A DNA stretch of 64,000 nucleotides from Candidatus Margulisiibacteriota bacterium (GCA_050250935.1 JBFWNS010000008.1:9572-73571), one strand, 5' to 3'. Shown: positions 51,465 through 61,600, counted from the first letter of the stretch. The notes: generated by a model not told the origin, from the sequence alone. A program made the numbers and translations.

Positions 51465-52478
51465 TTAGACAGCTTCGGGCACGTGGGGATTCGGTTTGAA
51501 CAGGTTGGGGGGATATATGTCACGTGTCGATACATGTCTGGTTTCTTTTATCCGGTCTCCTTCTCGGTAAAATCCGACGGGCCCCCAGTATTGGGTTGTT
51601 GTGTCCCACGCCCTACCAAACCCATTCTCTACAAAATGCTCTGATTCGTTATTGTAACCTTCTGTCTGTAGAAGCCCAAAATAACTTGAATATACCATCT
51701 CTCGGGCATTGAAAATGCACGCAGTTTTCGATTCTCTCAGAACGTAAGTATTGAATATCTGCGCTTGTTCTGACATCAGCGATGTATCAAAAGTGATCAT
51801 GTGACTGCTGTTCCGATTCGGCTTGATCGAAGGACCCTTATCCCAAGTTTCGAAGTAAGGCTCTCCACCGATCCTTCTTTCTATCATTCCAAACATCCAA
51901 AGTCCTTCGTTAATGTCATGAAAATGTCGCTGATACACCAGAGGACCAATTCGAAGTGCCATTTGCCAATGTGAGTTCTTCAAGGTTCCAAATCCAAATC
52001 CAAAGTCCAACTTTGGATGTTTTGCATCTTCATTCAGTAGAACAGAAGTTACTTCATCAAATTGAATTTTTGTAAGGTGACGTAGTGTCAGGCGAAGAAT
52101 CCTGGGATCAATTCGATATTCTGGCTTTTCGTGGTTACAAACGTGATTGATCACTTTGTCTTCGACACAAATTCTCCGCCACGCCTCTGCCCCATCTGCC
52201 TCTGGCGCATTGACGAGCGGAAACCCGAATATTGCGGGGGGAGAATTCAGTTTTAGATCGTGTCGTTCGATCAAGTTTGCAAAGCAATGCTCTCTATCCT
52301 GCCAATAGTGCACCGCCATTTCAGAATAGTTGCAAAACTCTTGAAATGATCCATAGAAAGACCTGCTTACTGTGGATAACCGAAGAAGGTCCGGCGTTGG
52401 CAACTGTCCCATTACCATTTCCTTTATCTCTTGAGGTAGCTGGGAAAAGTAGGCTATGTGTTTGTGTAGCGTTTTCAT
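51465..52478 (-). CDS. F-box domain protein
   Basis: FSQLPQEIKEMVMGQLPTPDLLRLSTVSRSFY matches the F-box consensus; GGAG RBS. Confidence 0.85.
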   Translation of the reverse strand: MKTLHKHIAYFSQLPQEIKEMVMGQLPTPDLLRLSTVSRSFYGSFQEFCNYSEMAVHYWQDREHCFANLIERHDLKLNSPPAIFGFPLVNAPEADGAEAWRRICVEDKVINHVCNHEKPEYRIDPRILRLTLRHLTKIQFDEVTSVLLNEDAKHPKLDFGFGFGTLKNSHWQMALRIGPLVYQRHFHDINEGLWMFGMIERRIGGEPYFETWDKGPSIKPNRNSSHMITFDTSLMSEQAQIFNTYVLRESKTACIFNAREMVYSSYFGLLQTEGYNNESEHFVENGFGRAWDTTTQYWGPVGFYREGDRIKETRHVSTRDIYPPNLFKPNPHVPEAV

Positions 52479-52522
52479 TTATCTCCGCCTTGGATTCAGG
52501 GATTGGCGCACTTCTATTTAGT

Positions 52523-52550
52523 TTATCGTATTGGATTTTGGTTTATTGCA
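52523..52550 (-). promoter_or_regulatory. sigma28-like promoter motif TGCAA-N17-CGATAA
   Basis: plus strand ttatcg 52523-52528 and ttgca 52546-52550. Confidence 0.7.
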
Positions 52551-52570
52551 GGATAATGGGTTTTGGTAAC

Positions 52571-52952
52571 TTGTAATCACAAATGCACAGCCTTTGTGAG
52601 TCGCAAAGCCAAAGCAAGTTTGTCTTTACTCCCCCGCAGGGGCTTGAAATGCAATTGTACAGAGTAACTGGCGGAGAGGGAGGGATTCGAGCTTAATAGG
52701 AATTAACCTCGAGAAGAATCCTATTTATAAAACCGTTCGCTGAGGCTCACTGGTTCGAAGGTGATTGTAATCACACCTCCGCAGTCGGTGTGAGTCGCAA
52801 AGCCAAAGCAAGTTTGTCTTTACTCCCCCGCAGGGACTTGAAATGCAATTGTACAGGGTAACTGGCGGAGAGGGAGGGATTCGAGCTTAATAGGAATTAA
52901 CCTCGAGAAGAATCCTATTTATAAACCGTTCGCTGACGCTCACTGGTTCGAA
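52571..52952. repeat. two ~190-bp tandem repeats (period 194), each with the 3' end of tRNA-Ser
   Basis: Units 52571-52759 and 52765-52952; TGGCGGAGAGGGAGGGATTCGA at 52669, 52863 and in the tRNA at 52986. Confidence 0.92.
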
Positions 52953-52985
52953 TCCCTCTTTGGGATTTTCGGTTTTTTAATCAAC

Positions 52986-53076
52986 TGGCGGAGAGGGAGG
53001 GATTCGAACCCTCGCTAGGTTTGACCCTACTAACGGTTTAGCAAACCGCCCCCTTGAGCCACTTGGGTACCTCTCC
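52986..53076 (-). tRNA. tRNA-Ser (GCT)
   Basis: GGAGAGGTACCCAAGTGG...TTGCTAA...long variable arm...GGTTCGAATCCC...GCCA. Confidence 0.95.
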
Positions 53077-53086
53077 GATTTATATA

Positions 53087-53287
53087 CACAAATGCATAGC
53101 ATTTGTGGGTCGGAACTTTGAAGTAAATTCAAAATTCCTCCCGCTGCGCGGCTTCTGAAGTTCAGGGGACTCAGAGACCGTGATGGAACACTTGGGACAG
53201 GACATGCAACGTGCGCGGCTTCTGAAGGTCAAGGGACTCAGAACCCGTTGTGGAGCGCTTAGGACAGAACCGTGTGGGTCGGAACTT
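53087..53287. repeat. palindrome plus two 59-bp imperfect direct repeats bracketed by 15-bp direct repeats
   Basis: cacaaatgc-ata-gcatttgtg; units 53145-53203 and 53212-53270; tgtgggtcggaactt at 53104 and 53273. Confidence 0.85.
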
Positions 53288-53352
53288 AAGCTCGAGAATT
53301 CTAGCAGTAAATTAAATCTTTAAAAAGGTGTTTTTAAGGGTACTATGGTTGC

Positions 53353-54540
53353 ATGAGAGCTGGAAATGAAAATATAACACCTGTAAATTGGCCTTCGCCG
53401 CGCTCGGCTGGGGCAGCTTCGGCTGCTGCTGCGAGTGCTGGGGGTGTGCCTATGGGAGGGGCTTTGCCGGTCCATCAACCGGTTTCAACCGAAAGAATTG
53501 GGTTGATGGTTCCACTCCCTGCTGTGTTTCGGCAAACGCCTGGGCAGATGAATTTGCTATTGCCGCAAAACGCGACCGTCTCGGTCGTGATGCATTTACA
53601 TCGCCCCACTATAGAGTGTCTTTTAATGCCGCCAAAAGCCGGCAATCGGGGGACTGTGCGGATACTTCCGATAGGCGATGGAATCGTCTTAAAAGGGGTT
53701 GAAACGGCCGAAGAATTGGACCTAGAGCAGCTAACCCAAGTGCTCTATAGGGAAGGACACATAGCTGTTCCCCAATCGGATTGTGAATCGTGTGGGCCTG
53801 TGGCAAACGCGTTTCGGCAGCAAATTTTAACGCGCTTAATCGAAAATAAACGATACAGAGACCCCAGTTTTGGGGCAGATGGGGTCATTTATCCGGATGA
53901 AATGCCCGAAGTTAATGATTATGTGGACCATGTGATGGTGATGCCCCTGGTGCATGGGACAACTTTGGAAGAGGTCTTAACAACCCCCGCCAAATCAGCT
54001 CTATTTTTTGAGCAATTACTCGACTATGCGGGTGAACTGGGTCGCATCGCATTGATGGATATTTTATGCAAAAATGCGGATAGAGTGGTTAATGCCTATA
54101 GCGAAAATGGCGAGGCTAAGTTTCATTCAGGAACAGGTCTCAACAACGGAAATTTGTTGATTTATTCGCATGAAGGTCTTTTAGGTGGGTTGATTTGTAT
54201 CGATAATGCTGGCGGCGTGAGTAACCCCTTAGAATCAACTGAGTTGGAAGTCAGGAGTTTTAAATCTTTTTTAGCCCAAGAGCGTGTAATAGCCGAGCGG
54301 GTGTGGGATGCACTGATTCCTTATGCCAGCGAAGATCCGTCTCCAACAGAAGTTTCAGGATGCACAAAATCCGATTTCGTGGAATCCTTTACAAAAGGAT
54401 TTCGCCGTCAACAGACCGTTTTAGCCAGGGTGGATGCACAGGTAATGGACCAGGTGCATTGTGGTACAGCGTTTGGCCGCAAATTCAGGACCGTTTTGCA
54501 TGAAAAACTTCGGGTTTTAAGAGGAGAAAACGATGTATAA
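53353..54540 (+). CDS. atypical kinase, actin-fragmin kinase / PI3-PI4 kinase-like
   Basis: LGRIALMDILCKNADR, NNGNLLI, ICIDN. Confidence 0.7.
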   Translation: MRAGNENITPVNWPSPRSAGAASAAAASAGGVPMGGALPVHQPVSTERIGLMVPLPAVFRQTPGQMNLLLPQNATVSVVMHLHRPTIECLLMPPKAGNRGTVRILPIGDGIVLKGVETAEELDLEQLTQVLYREGHIAVPQSDCESCGPVANAFRQQILTRLIENKRYRDPSFGADGVIYPDEMPEVNDYVDHVMVMPLVHGTTLEEVLTTPAKSALFFEQLLDYAGELGRIALMDILCKNADRVVNAYSENGEAKFHSGTGLNNGNLLIYSHEGLLGGLICIDNAGGVSNPLESTELEVRSFKSFLAQERVIAERVWDALIPYASEDPSPTEVSGCTKSDFVESFTKGFRRQQTVLARVDAQVMDQVHCGTAFGRKFRTVLHEKLRVLRGENDV

Positions 54541-54730
54541 ACAGGTCAGTGGTGTGGGCATTCAGGGCGATGTTGAAACCTATCAAAAGCTGTGCGAGCT
54601 TGCCCAAAAAGTGGGTAGCCGAGAGCATTTGGGTGTGTGTCGGAAGCTTTATGAATCACTAAAAGCCCAAGATCCAGGTCTAGAACTGCCTGATCCTCCC
54701 GAGCCGCCTAAGCCCACCAAACCGGTTTAA
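54533..54730 (+). CDS. small hypothetical protein coupled to the kinase gene
   Basis: GAGGAG RBS; ATG overlaps the end of the upstream gene. Confidence 0.6.
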   Translation: MYKQVSGVGIQGDVETYQKLCELAQKVGSREHLGVCRKLYESLKAQDPGLELPDPPEPPKPTKPV

Positions 54731-55326
54731 TCCAACGTAAACGCCTCAAGCGCTTTGCTGAATGAGGCGGTCATGCTGTCTTGGTTGGGCCATTCTTGGC
54801 CCTCTCTGGGATAGACGGTGCAGCCCACCAGAACTTTATGAACGACGGCGATGCCGCGGTCTTGAAGTTGGGTGATGGTTGTTTGGCAGGCCTGGCTACA
54901 GACGTTAATGTCTTGCGGTTCAATGTCTACCATGCTGACGATGGCTTGGGTATGTCCCATTTTATGAAGCTCATGAAAGGGCAAGTGGTTGGCATCTTCT
55001 AAAAAGGTTGTGGTGATGTTGAGGCCTTGTTCCTGAGCTAAAAAGGTAAACTGTGCAAGCTCAAAAAGCAAACGGAGGCGTTGGTCTTGATTAAGACGGA
55101 TTGCGGGATTGTAGGTAAAAAGGGTTTGGGTTGCCGCTTCGACATCAAAGCCCGAAAAATAACGGGCATCTCGGGATTCGTTATAAAGTGGATCAATTAA
55201 AAAAATCTGGGCGGGCTGTCTGAATCCGGCGGCTCTGATGGCTTTAAGTTCGGCATACACCTGCCCCAATTGGCCGGACCCGATGGAAATTATACGGTTG
55301 ATGGTGTTGCGTTGGGGTTTGCCCAA
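54727..55326 (-). CDS. SAM-methyltransferase-like hypothetical protein, probably 5' truncated
   Basis: IISIGSGQ...FLIDP near the start; TTG start without RBS, in-frame stop a few codons upstream. Confidence 0.5.
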   Translation of the reverse strand: MGKPQRNTINRIISIGSGQLGQVYAELKAIRAAGFRQPAQIFLIDPLYNESRDARYFSGFDVEAATQTLFTYNPAIRLNQDQRLRLLFELAQFTFLAQEQGLNITTTFLEDANHLPFHELHKMGHTQAIVSMVDIEPQDINVCSQACQTTITQLQDRGIAVVHKVLVGCTVYPREGQEWPNQDSMTASFSKALEAFTLD

Positions 55327-55623
55327 AAAGACGACTATTTGATTTTAGCCTGTGATGGTGTGTATGACGCTTTATCCAATGCGGATATAGAAGTGATTGT
55401 ACGCCGTGAAGTGTCGCGGATGCAGCAAATTTTTAAGGCCGAAATTGACCGTACTCGACGCCGAGGACAGTCAATTCCTGAAAGCGTTTGGGCGCAACTA
55501 GACGCTAAAATGCTAGGCTACATTGCCGATGCCTTAATCCGCGAAGCCGTGGGCGCGGGGTCTCAAGACAACATCAGCGTGATGGTGATTGCCCTTAAAA
55601 AAGAAGATGCTCGCCCCGCTTAA
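55324..55623 (+). pseudogene. C-terminal fragment of a PP2C/PPM phosphatase
   Basis: DDYLILACDGVYDALS and GSQDNISVMVI present; N-terminal motifs absent, in-frame TAA at 55198. Confidence 0.75.
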
Positions 55624-55631
55624 AGACCGTT

Positions 55632-56231
55632 TTAGAAGTCGTTAGATAAGGCCACTTCGTGAATTAATCCCGTATTCATGTGGAAGATCCAGCCATGAAG
55701 TTGGGGCGCAATCCCTGCTTTGATGGCTTTTTGCATGACCGAGGTTTTGTGAATGTTGTGCAATTGGTCCAGTACATTCAGTTCAGACAAGCGGTTCACT
55801 TGGTCATCCAAAGGCAGGTTTTCCAAGTTGGCTTTGTGTACGGAATACAGGTCGCGAATGCCGGCAATCCAGTCTTCCACCATGCCCGAAATTTGGCCGG
55901 TAATGGCCGCTTTAACCCCGCCACATCCGTGGTGACCACAGACAATAATGTGCTGTACTTGAAGGGTCATGATCGAAAATTCAAGGACAGACAACACGTT
56001 CATATCGGTCAGGGATACTTGGTTGGCAATGTTGCGGTGTATAAACAATTCGCCAGGGCCGGTTTGGGTGATCAAGTGAATCGGTTTTCGGCTATCTGAG
56101 CAGCCAATAAATAAGAAAGGGGGTTTTTGGTCTTTGGACAGTTCTTCGAAATACCTGGGGTTTTCGGCCAGACGGTCTTGAACCCAGGCTTTGTTGTTTT
56201 CCATTAATTGGAGATAAGTGTGTTGATGCAT
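55632..56231 (-). CDS. can: beta-carbonic anhydrase
   Basis: IGCSDSR, HRNIAN, CGHHGCGG. Confidence 0.95.
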   Translation of the reverse strand: MHQHTYLQLMENNKAWVQDRLAENPRYFEELSKDQKPPFLFIGCSDSRKPIHLITQTGPGELFIHRNIANQVSLTDMNVLSVLEFSIMTLQVQHIIVCGHHGCGGVKAAITGQISGMVEDWIAGIRDLYSVHKANLENLPLDDQVNRLSELNVLDQLHNIHKTSVMQKAIKAGIAPQLHGWIFHMNTGLIHEVALSNDF

Positions 56232-56237
56232 GGGCAT

Positions 56238-56259
56238 AGTGTAGCCCAAGTGATACACT
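56238..56259. promoter_or_regulatory. back-to-back -10 hexamers (TACACT on both strands), each 6 nt before an ATG
   Basis: agtgta 56238-56243 and tacact 56254-56259; ATGs at 56231 (-) and 56266 (+). Confidence 0.7.
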
Positions 56260-56265
56260 TTGGCC

Positions 56266-56952
56266 ATGAACATCGACATCATTAAAGCCCAAGACCGAGG
56301 CCGTACCCACATCGAGTGGTTGGACTCTTGGCATACCTTTTCGTTTGGCGGCTACTACAATCCAAAACGCATTCATTTTGGCGCGATTCGGGTGATTAAC
56401 GACGACATCATTGACCCAGGACAAGGCTTTGATCTGCACCCCCACGACAACATGGAAATTGTCACCATTGTTTTGTCTGGCGAGTTGGAACACAAAGACA
56501 GTTTGGGCAATGGCGGCATTCTGAAACCTGGCGATGTCCAGGCCATGTCGGCTGGCACAGGCTTGTACCATTCCGAACGAAACCCTTCCCGAACCACCCC
56601 AGTACATTTGTTGCAAATTTGGGTGATGCCCAACCAAAAAAACCTGACGCCCCGCTATCAAGACAGCCAATTTGCTTGGACCCCAAACGGATGGACCCAA
56701 GTGGTGGGTTCCGAGCCCAGCGAGGACCGGTTGTGGATTCATCAAAATTGTCGGTTCTATTTGGGACAATTCGAGGCCGGAACCCGAGTGGTTTTACCAG
56801 CAGGAAACGCCCATCTGGTAATGCCGATCGAGGGAGAAATCAAGCTGGATTATGTTGTTTTGGCCGAGGCCGACACCGCCTTGGTTAAAGAAGCCGGCGA
56901 CACCCAACTTGAAGCCCTAAAACCCAGCCGCGTGTTGGTGATGGTTCAGTAA
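56266..56952 (+). CDS. pirin family protein (YhhW-like)
   Basis: HTFSFG, HPHDNMEI, HKDSLG, MSAGTG..HSE, LQIW. Confidence 0.95.
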   Translation: MNIDIIKAQDRGRTHIEWLDSWHTFSFGGYYNPKRIHFGAIRVINDDIIDPGQGFDLHPHDNMEIVTIVLSGELEHKDSLGNGGILKPGDVQAMSAGTGLYHSERNPSRTTPVHLLQIWVMPNQKNLTPRYQDSQFAWTPNGWTQVVGSEPSEDRLWIHQNCRFYLGQFEAGTRVVLPAGNAHLVMPIEGEIKLDYVVLAEADTALVKEAGDTQLEALKPSRVLVMVQ

Positions 56953-56998
56953 CCTGCGTCCTAGAAAATACTTTATTACCGCCAAAACCCCCACCACC

Positions 56999-57784
56999 GT
57001 GGCTGAACTGTTGGTGGGGTTTTTTAAAGGCAAGCAAGATCCCCGCGTGGTCGTGGATGGGGGAGGGGTGTGGAAGGGAAAAACCAGAATCACCCAAGTC
57101 TCGACACCGGTTGAAGCCCAAGAAACACTGACGGTGTTTGTTTCCGCCTCCCCACAACAGCAATTTATATTAGACCCCAGCCAAATTATTTTGGAGCACG
57201 CAGATTGGGTGGTGGTGAACAAGCCTGCTGCATTGGCCACGGTTAGCGATCACGCCAATTTACATTGGAATTTAACGGCAGGGGTTTGGGCCTATCTGCA
57301 GGCTAAAGGAAGTCGGTATCAGCCCACCGCCATTAATCGGTTGGATATTGGGGTTTCGGGGCTGGTGTTGTTTCCCAAGCACAAAGCCGCCGAAAAAAAA
57401 CTCTTTGCCCTGATGCAAGCGCGAAAGATCGCGAAGCGGTACACCGCTATTTTAGGGCCTCATGTCCCTCGACCTTGGGTGAGGATCTCGAATTACCTTT
57501 TGTTTACAAAAAAAGCCCAGATCAGCGAGAGCCCTGCAGGTAAATTGGCTCAGTCCGTATTTGTATGGCAGAAAACTGTAGCGGAAGGCGAGGTTTATCG
57601 GGTGGTTATTCGGACGGGGAGAAGACATCAAATTCGGGTCCATGCGGCCCATCATTTGGCCCCTATTGTGGGGGATACCTTGTACGGCTCACCTGCAATC
57701 TGTGGAAAAACGCTTTGCCTAGTGGCCGACTACTTAAAGTTTTGGTGGCGGAATGTTCAATACAAAATTCAGTTACCCGAATAA
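56999..57784 (+). CDS. RluA family pseudouridine synthase
   Basis: VNKPA, NRLD, TGRRHQIRVH, PIVGD.LYG; true start may be slightly upstream. Confidence 0.9.
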   Translation: MAELLVGFFKGKQDPRVVVDGGGVWKGKTRITQVSTPVEAQETLTVFVSASPQQQFILDPSQIILEHADWVVVNKPAALATVSDHANLHWNLTAGVWAYLQAKGSRYQPTAINRLDIGVSGLVLFPKHKAAEKKLFALMQARKIAKRYTAILGPHVPRPWVRISNYLLFTKKAQISESPAGKLAQSVFVWQKTVAEGEVYRVVIRTGRRHQIRVHAAHHLAPIVGDTLYGSPAICGKTLCLVADYLKFWWRNVQYKIQLPE

Positions 57785-58387
57785 TTTGTTGCTTGGCGTT
57801 GAAGGGGAGCGCCGTTTAAGGATCAATGCCGCTCTATCCCCCAAAGACAGGTGGGAGAAGCTTTCGCAGGTGTCTTCGGTTATGTGGAAGGCACAGCGAA
57901 GGTCTGGATGCCCGTACAGCATGGTTTTGAATTCATTTCGCTCACAACGGTCAAAAAATGTAACCAAAATAACAGGGGCAGAGTGAACGTCAGGCTTAAA
58001 AAACCGAAGTAAATTGACCATGATATCTGCCCAATTTTTAGGACACCTGTCGATATTGGGGTGTTCAATCAAGATGCAGGCTGGGGTATAGTCGGCGTTC
58101 CAGATGGAGGCATCGCAACACTGAAACAAAAATTGTTTTGCGACGTCTCTCAAAGAATCTGGGAAAGGAATAACTTGATCTACTTCGTCGACCCCAACAT
58201 AAAGAACAGATGGAAAGCGCTTAATTACAGTTATAAAATCCCGAGCTTGCCCACATCCGATGCTGACAACCATCGCAACACAGTCATGGGGAATGTGGAT
58301 ATGGCGTTCCAAATAAGTATCCAAAGCACTGGTGGGGGGTAACGGGGAAAGCGGAGGCTTGGCGGAGACAACTTTATGAGAAAACAT
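57773..58387 (-). CDS. class I SAM-methyltransferase-like orphan with Pro/Ser-rich N-terminus
   Basis: VVSIGCGQ motif I, YVGVD motif II. Confidence 0.6.
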   Translation of the reverse strand: MFSHKVVSAKPPLSPLPPTSALDTYLERHIHIPHDCVAMVVSIGCGQARDFITVIKRFPSVLYVGVDEVDQVIPFPDSLRDVAKQFLFQCCDASIWNADYTPACILIEHPNIDRCPKNWADIMVNLLRFFKPDVHSAPVILVTFFDRCERNEFKTMLYGHPDLRCAFHITEDTCESFSHLSLGDRAALILKRRSPSTPSNKLFG

Positions 58388-58393
58388 GGCAAA

Positions 58394-58421
58394 TTATCGG
58401 GACAACCAATGGATTATTGCA
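58394..58421 (-). promoter_or_regulatory. sigma28-like promoter motif TGCAA-N17-CGATAA
   Basis: plus strand ttatcg 58394-58399 and ttgca 58417-58421; ATG 6 nt downstream. Confidence 0.7.
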
Positions 58422-58613
58422 GTCAAAAATAGGGACACCTTTAAAAGTTCGGGTGCGGGTAATATGAGTGTGGGGGTGGGTAAGCTTGCAATACCGCCAA
58501 GCATGGTGCAAGATGTCGGTGTTTCCAATCAATACTCTATAGCATGAATTCCCCCTAAATACGGCTGGGGGACCAATGTGTTTTACCCATTACGTTTCGA
58601 ATAAGGAAAGGCT

Positions 58614-61600
58614 ATGTTTCGACGGATATTACAGGCAGTGGTTTTGGGCGCGTGTGTCCTATTGTGTTGTGGAATTGCGGTTCAGGCCTTGCCCCAATAC
58701 GCAACGTTTACAGGAACACTTCGCGGCGATCATGGTCTTCTAACCGGGCCTTATCCAGTTACCGTGGGACTGTATTCGTCAAACAACACCTTGCTTTGGG
58801 AAGAAACCCATCCCAGTGTCACCTTTACCAATGGCTATTTTTCCATTTCGATTGGCAGCAAAAATTCGACCCCCATTTCCAGTTCTATGCTTAAAGTAGC
58901 CGACTATTTGCAGCTGACGGTCGAGTAAGCCACGCTAAGGCTCTCTTTAACCTCTGTGTTGTTTTCTCATATTGCCCAGTCTGCATTAACGGCTGATACA
59001 GCCACAACCGCCAATACGGCCTTGTCTGTTGCTTGGGGGTCGATTACGGAAAAACCTACCTTGGTGACGCCAAACTATTCGGGCACCATTACGGCCACCG
59101 CTTTTGTGGGGGATGGCAGCCAATTAACGGGACTTTCAACCGCTGGCATCGACGATGGGTCTATTACGTCGGCCAAAATCGCCGATGCAACCATTGTGAA
59201 TGCGGATATCAGCCCCAGTGCCTCGATTGCCTATTCGAAGCTAAACATTTCCAAAGCCGATATTGTCGGATTGGGCATTCCAACGGCAGACACCACCTAC
59301 ACGGCAGGGACAGGGTTGGGATTAAGCGGCACGGCTTTTGCCATTGATGGCACCGTTGTAACCTCGAATTTCCACGGTTCGGTAACCGCCACAGCCTTTG
59401 TGGGGGATGGCAGCCAATTAACGGGACTTTCAACCGCTGGCATCGACGATGGGTCCATTACCTCTGCAAAAATTGCGGATGGAACCATTGTGAATGCGGA
59501 TATCAGTACGTCTGCCGCGATTGGGTATTCAAAACTAGCCCTTGCCACCAGCATTACCAACAGCGACATCAGTCCAACCGCCTCGATTGCCTATTCCAAA
59601 CTCAACATTGCCAAAGCGGATATCGTGGGGTTGGGCATTCCAACAGCCGACACCACCTACACAGCCGGAACGGGACTCAGCCTAAGCGGAACGAGCTTTT
59701 CGATTAATGGTACTGTGGTGACCTCGAATTTTAATGGTACGGTAACCGCCACCGCTTTTGTGGGGGATGGGAGTCAATTAACGGGGGTTTCAACGTCTGG
59801 GTTGGACAACGGGTCGGTAACGGGGACCAAAATTGCGAGCGGGACCATCACCAGCGCCAACATCAGTTCAACAGCGGGAATTCTGGGCAGCCAATTGGCG
59901 AATGGGACCATCACCAATACCCAAATTGCCGATTTCACCATCGATGCCAATCGCTTGGATAGTGACAGTGTTTCGTCTTCCAAAATCCAAGACGGCAGCG
60001 TGGAAACCGAAGACATTGCAGACGGGGCCATCGTCTCGACCAAAATTGCAGCCGGCACCATCACCAGCGCCAACATCAGCGCCACAGCCGCAATTCCTTA
60101 TTCAAAATTGAATTTGGTAGTCTTGCTTGGGAACATGGATTTAAGTCCAACAGCGAGCATTGCTTATTCTAAATTGTCCTTGTCTGGATCGGTTGTGAAT
60201 AGCGATATCAGTTCTTTGGCAGCAATTGCCTATTCAAAGTTAAATTTGGCCAATTCGATTGCTTTGACCGACTTGGGCACCACGGCCATCGTAACCAGCA
60301 ATTATACGGGCAGCTTGAACTTATCCGGAACCGTAACTGCCAATGTGTTTGTGGGGGATGGGTCTCGCTTGACGGGAGTGGTGGCAACGTCTTTGGACGA
60401 TAGCACCGTCACCTCGGCCAAAATTGTGGATGATACCATCACCAATTCAGACATTAATTCTGCAGCGGGGATAGCCTATTCGAAGTTGAATTTGGCAGGA
60501 TCGGTCGTCAATTCCGACATCAGCTCGTCAGCAGGAATCGCCTATTCGAAATTGAATTTGGCGAATTCAATAGGTGTGTCGGATTTGGGAAGTACAGCCA
60601 TCGTCACCAGTAACTATACTGGGAATTTGAATGTTAGCGGCACAGTAACGGCCAATGCCTTTATTGGGAATGGGGCTGGGTTAACTGGGGTGGTGGCAAC
60701 TGATTTGGCCGACAGTACTGTTACCTCAGCAAAAATTGTGGATGGAGCCATCACCGACGAAGACATCAGCACCACAGCCGCCATTCCCTATTCTAAATTA
60801 AACTTAACGAGTTCAATTATGAATGCAGATGTAAGTCCATCAGCAGGTATTGCATATTCAAAACTTAATTTGACGGCATCTGTGACCAATGCAGATATTG
60901 CAGCAGGAGCCGCAATTGCATTTACAAAACTACAAATTGCAAAGTCCGATATTACCGACCTAGGTATTCCAGGCGATGATACGGACACCATCTATTCGGC
61001 AGGTACTGGATTAAATTTAAATGGTACAACGTTTTCAATTAATTCTGGCGTGGTAACAAGCAACTATACCGGTGGGCTAAATGTAAGCGGCACAGTAACC
61101 GCCAATGCGTTTATCGGAGATGGGTCTGGATTAACAGGCGTTCCGGTTGACAATAATTCGGTAACTTCGGCCAAAATTGTGGATGGGTCCATCCTGACGG
61201 AAGACATTGCCGATAGCGCCATTACCGGAGACAAAATTGCCGATGGCACAATCGACTATTCAAAACTGACAGGTACTATTCCTAGCAACCAATTGCCTGG
61301 CAATGTTGTAACGGCCAATTTTAATGGATCGTTAATTGTTTCTAGTACTATATCAGGAGCCAGTTTTTCTGGAAGCGGGGCCGGGTTAACCAATGTTGTA
61401 ACCTCGAACTATGCCCTAAGCCCAACCATCAATGGCCAATTGAATGCGGTGGGTGGGATTTCGACTGGTGGAAGAGGCATGAAATTTGCATCTGGCCGAT
61501 GTGAGAGTAACGCGTTGGTGAATCAAAGCCAAGTCACGAGTATCAATCATGACGGAACAGGGGTTTATACGATTACTCTAGCTTTTACAGCCACCAATAT

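Noticed and set aside
52571..53287. Possible CRISPR array
   Set aside because: Only two copies of each long unit, no unique spacers between short identical repeats, no cas genes
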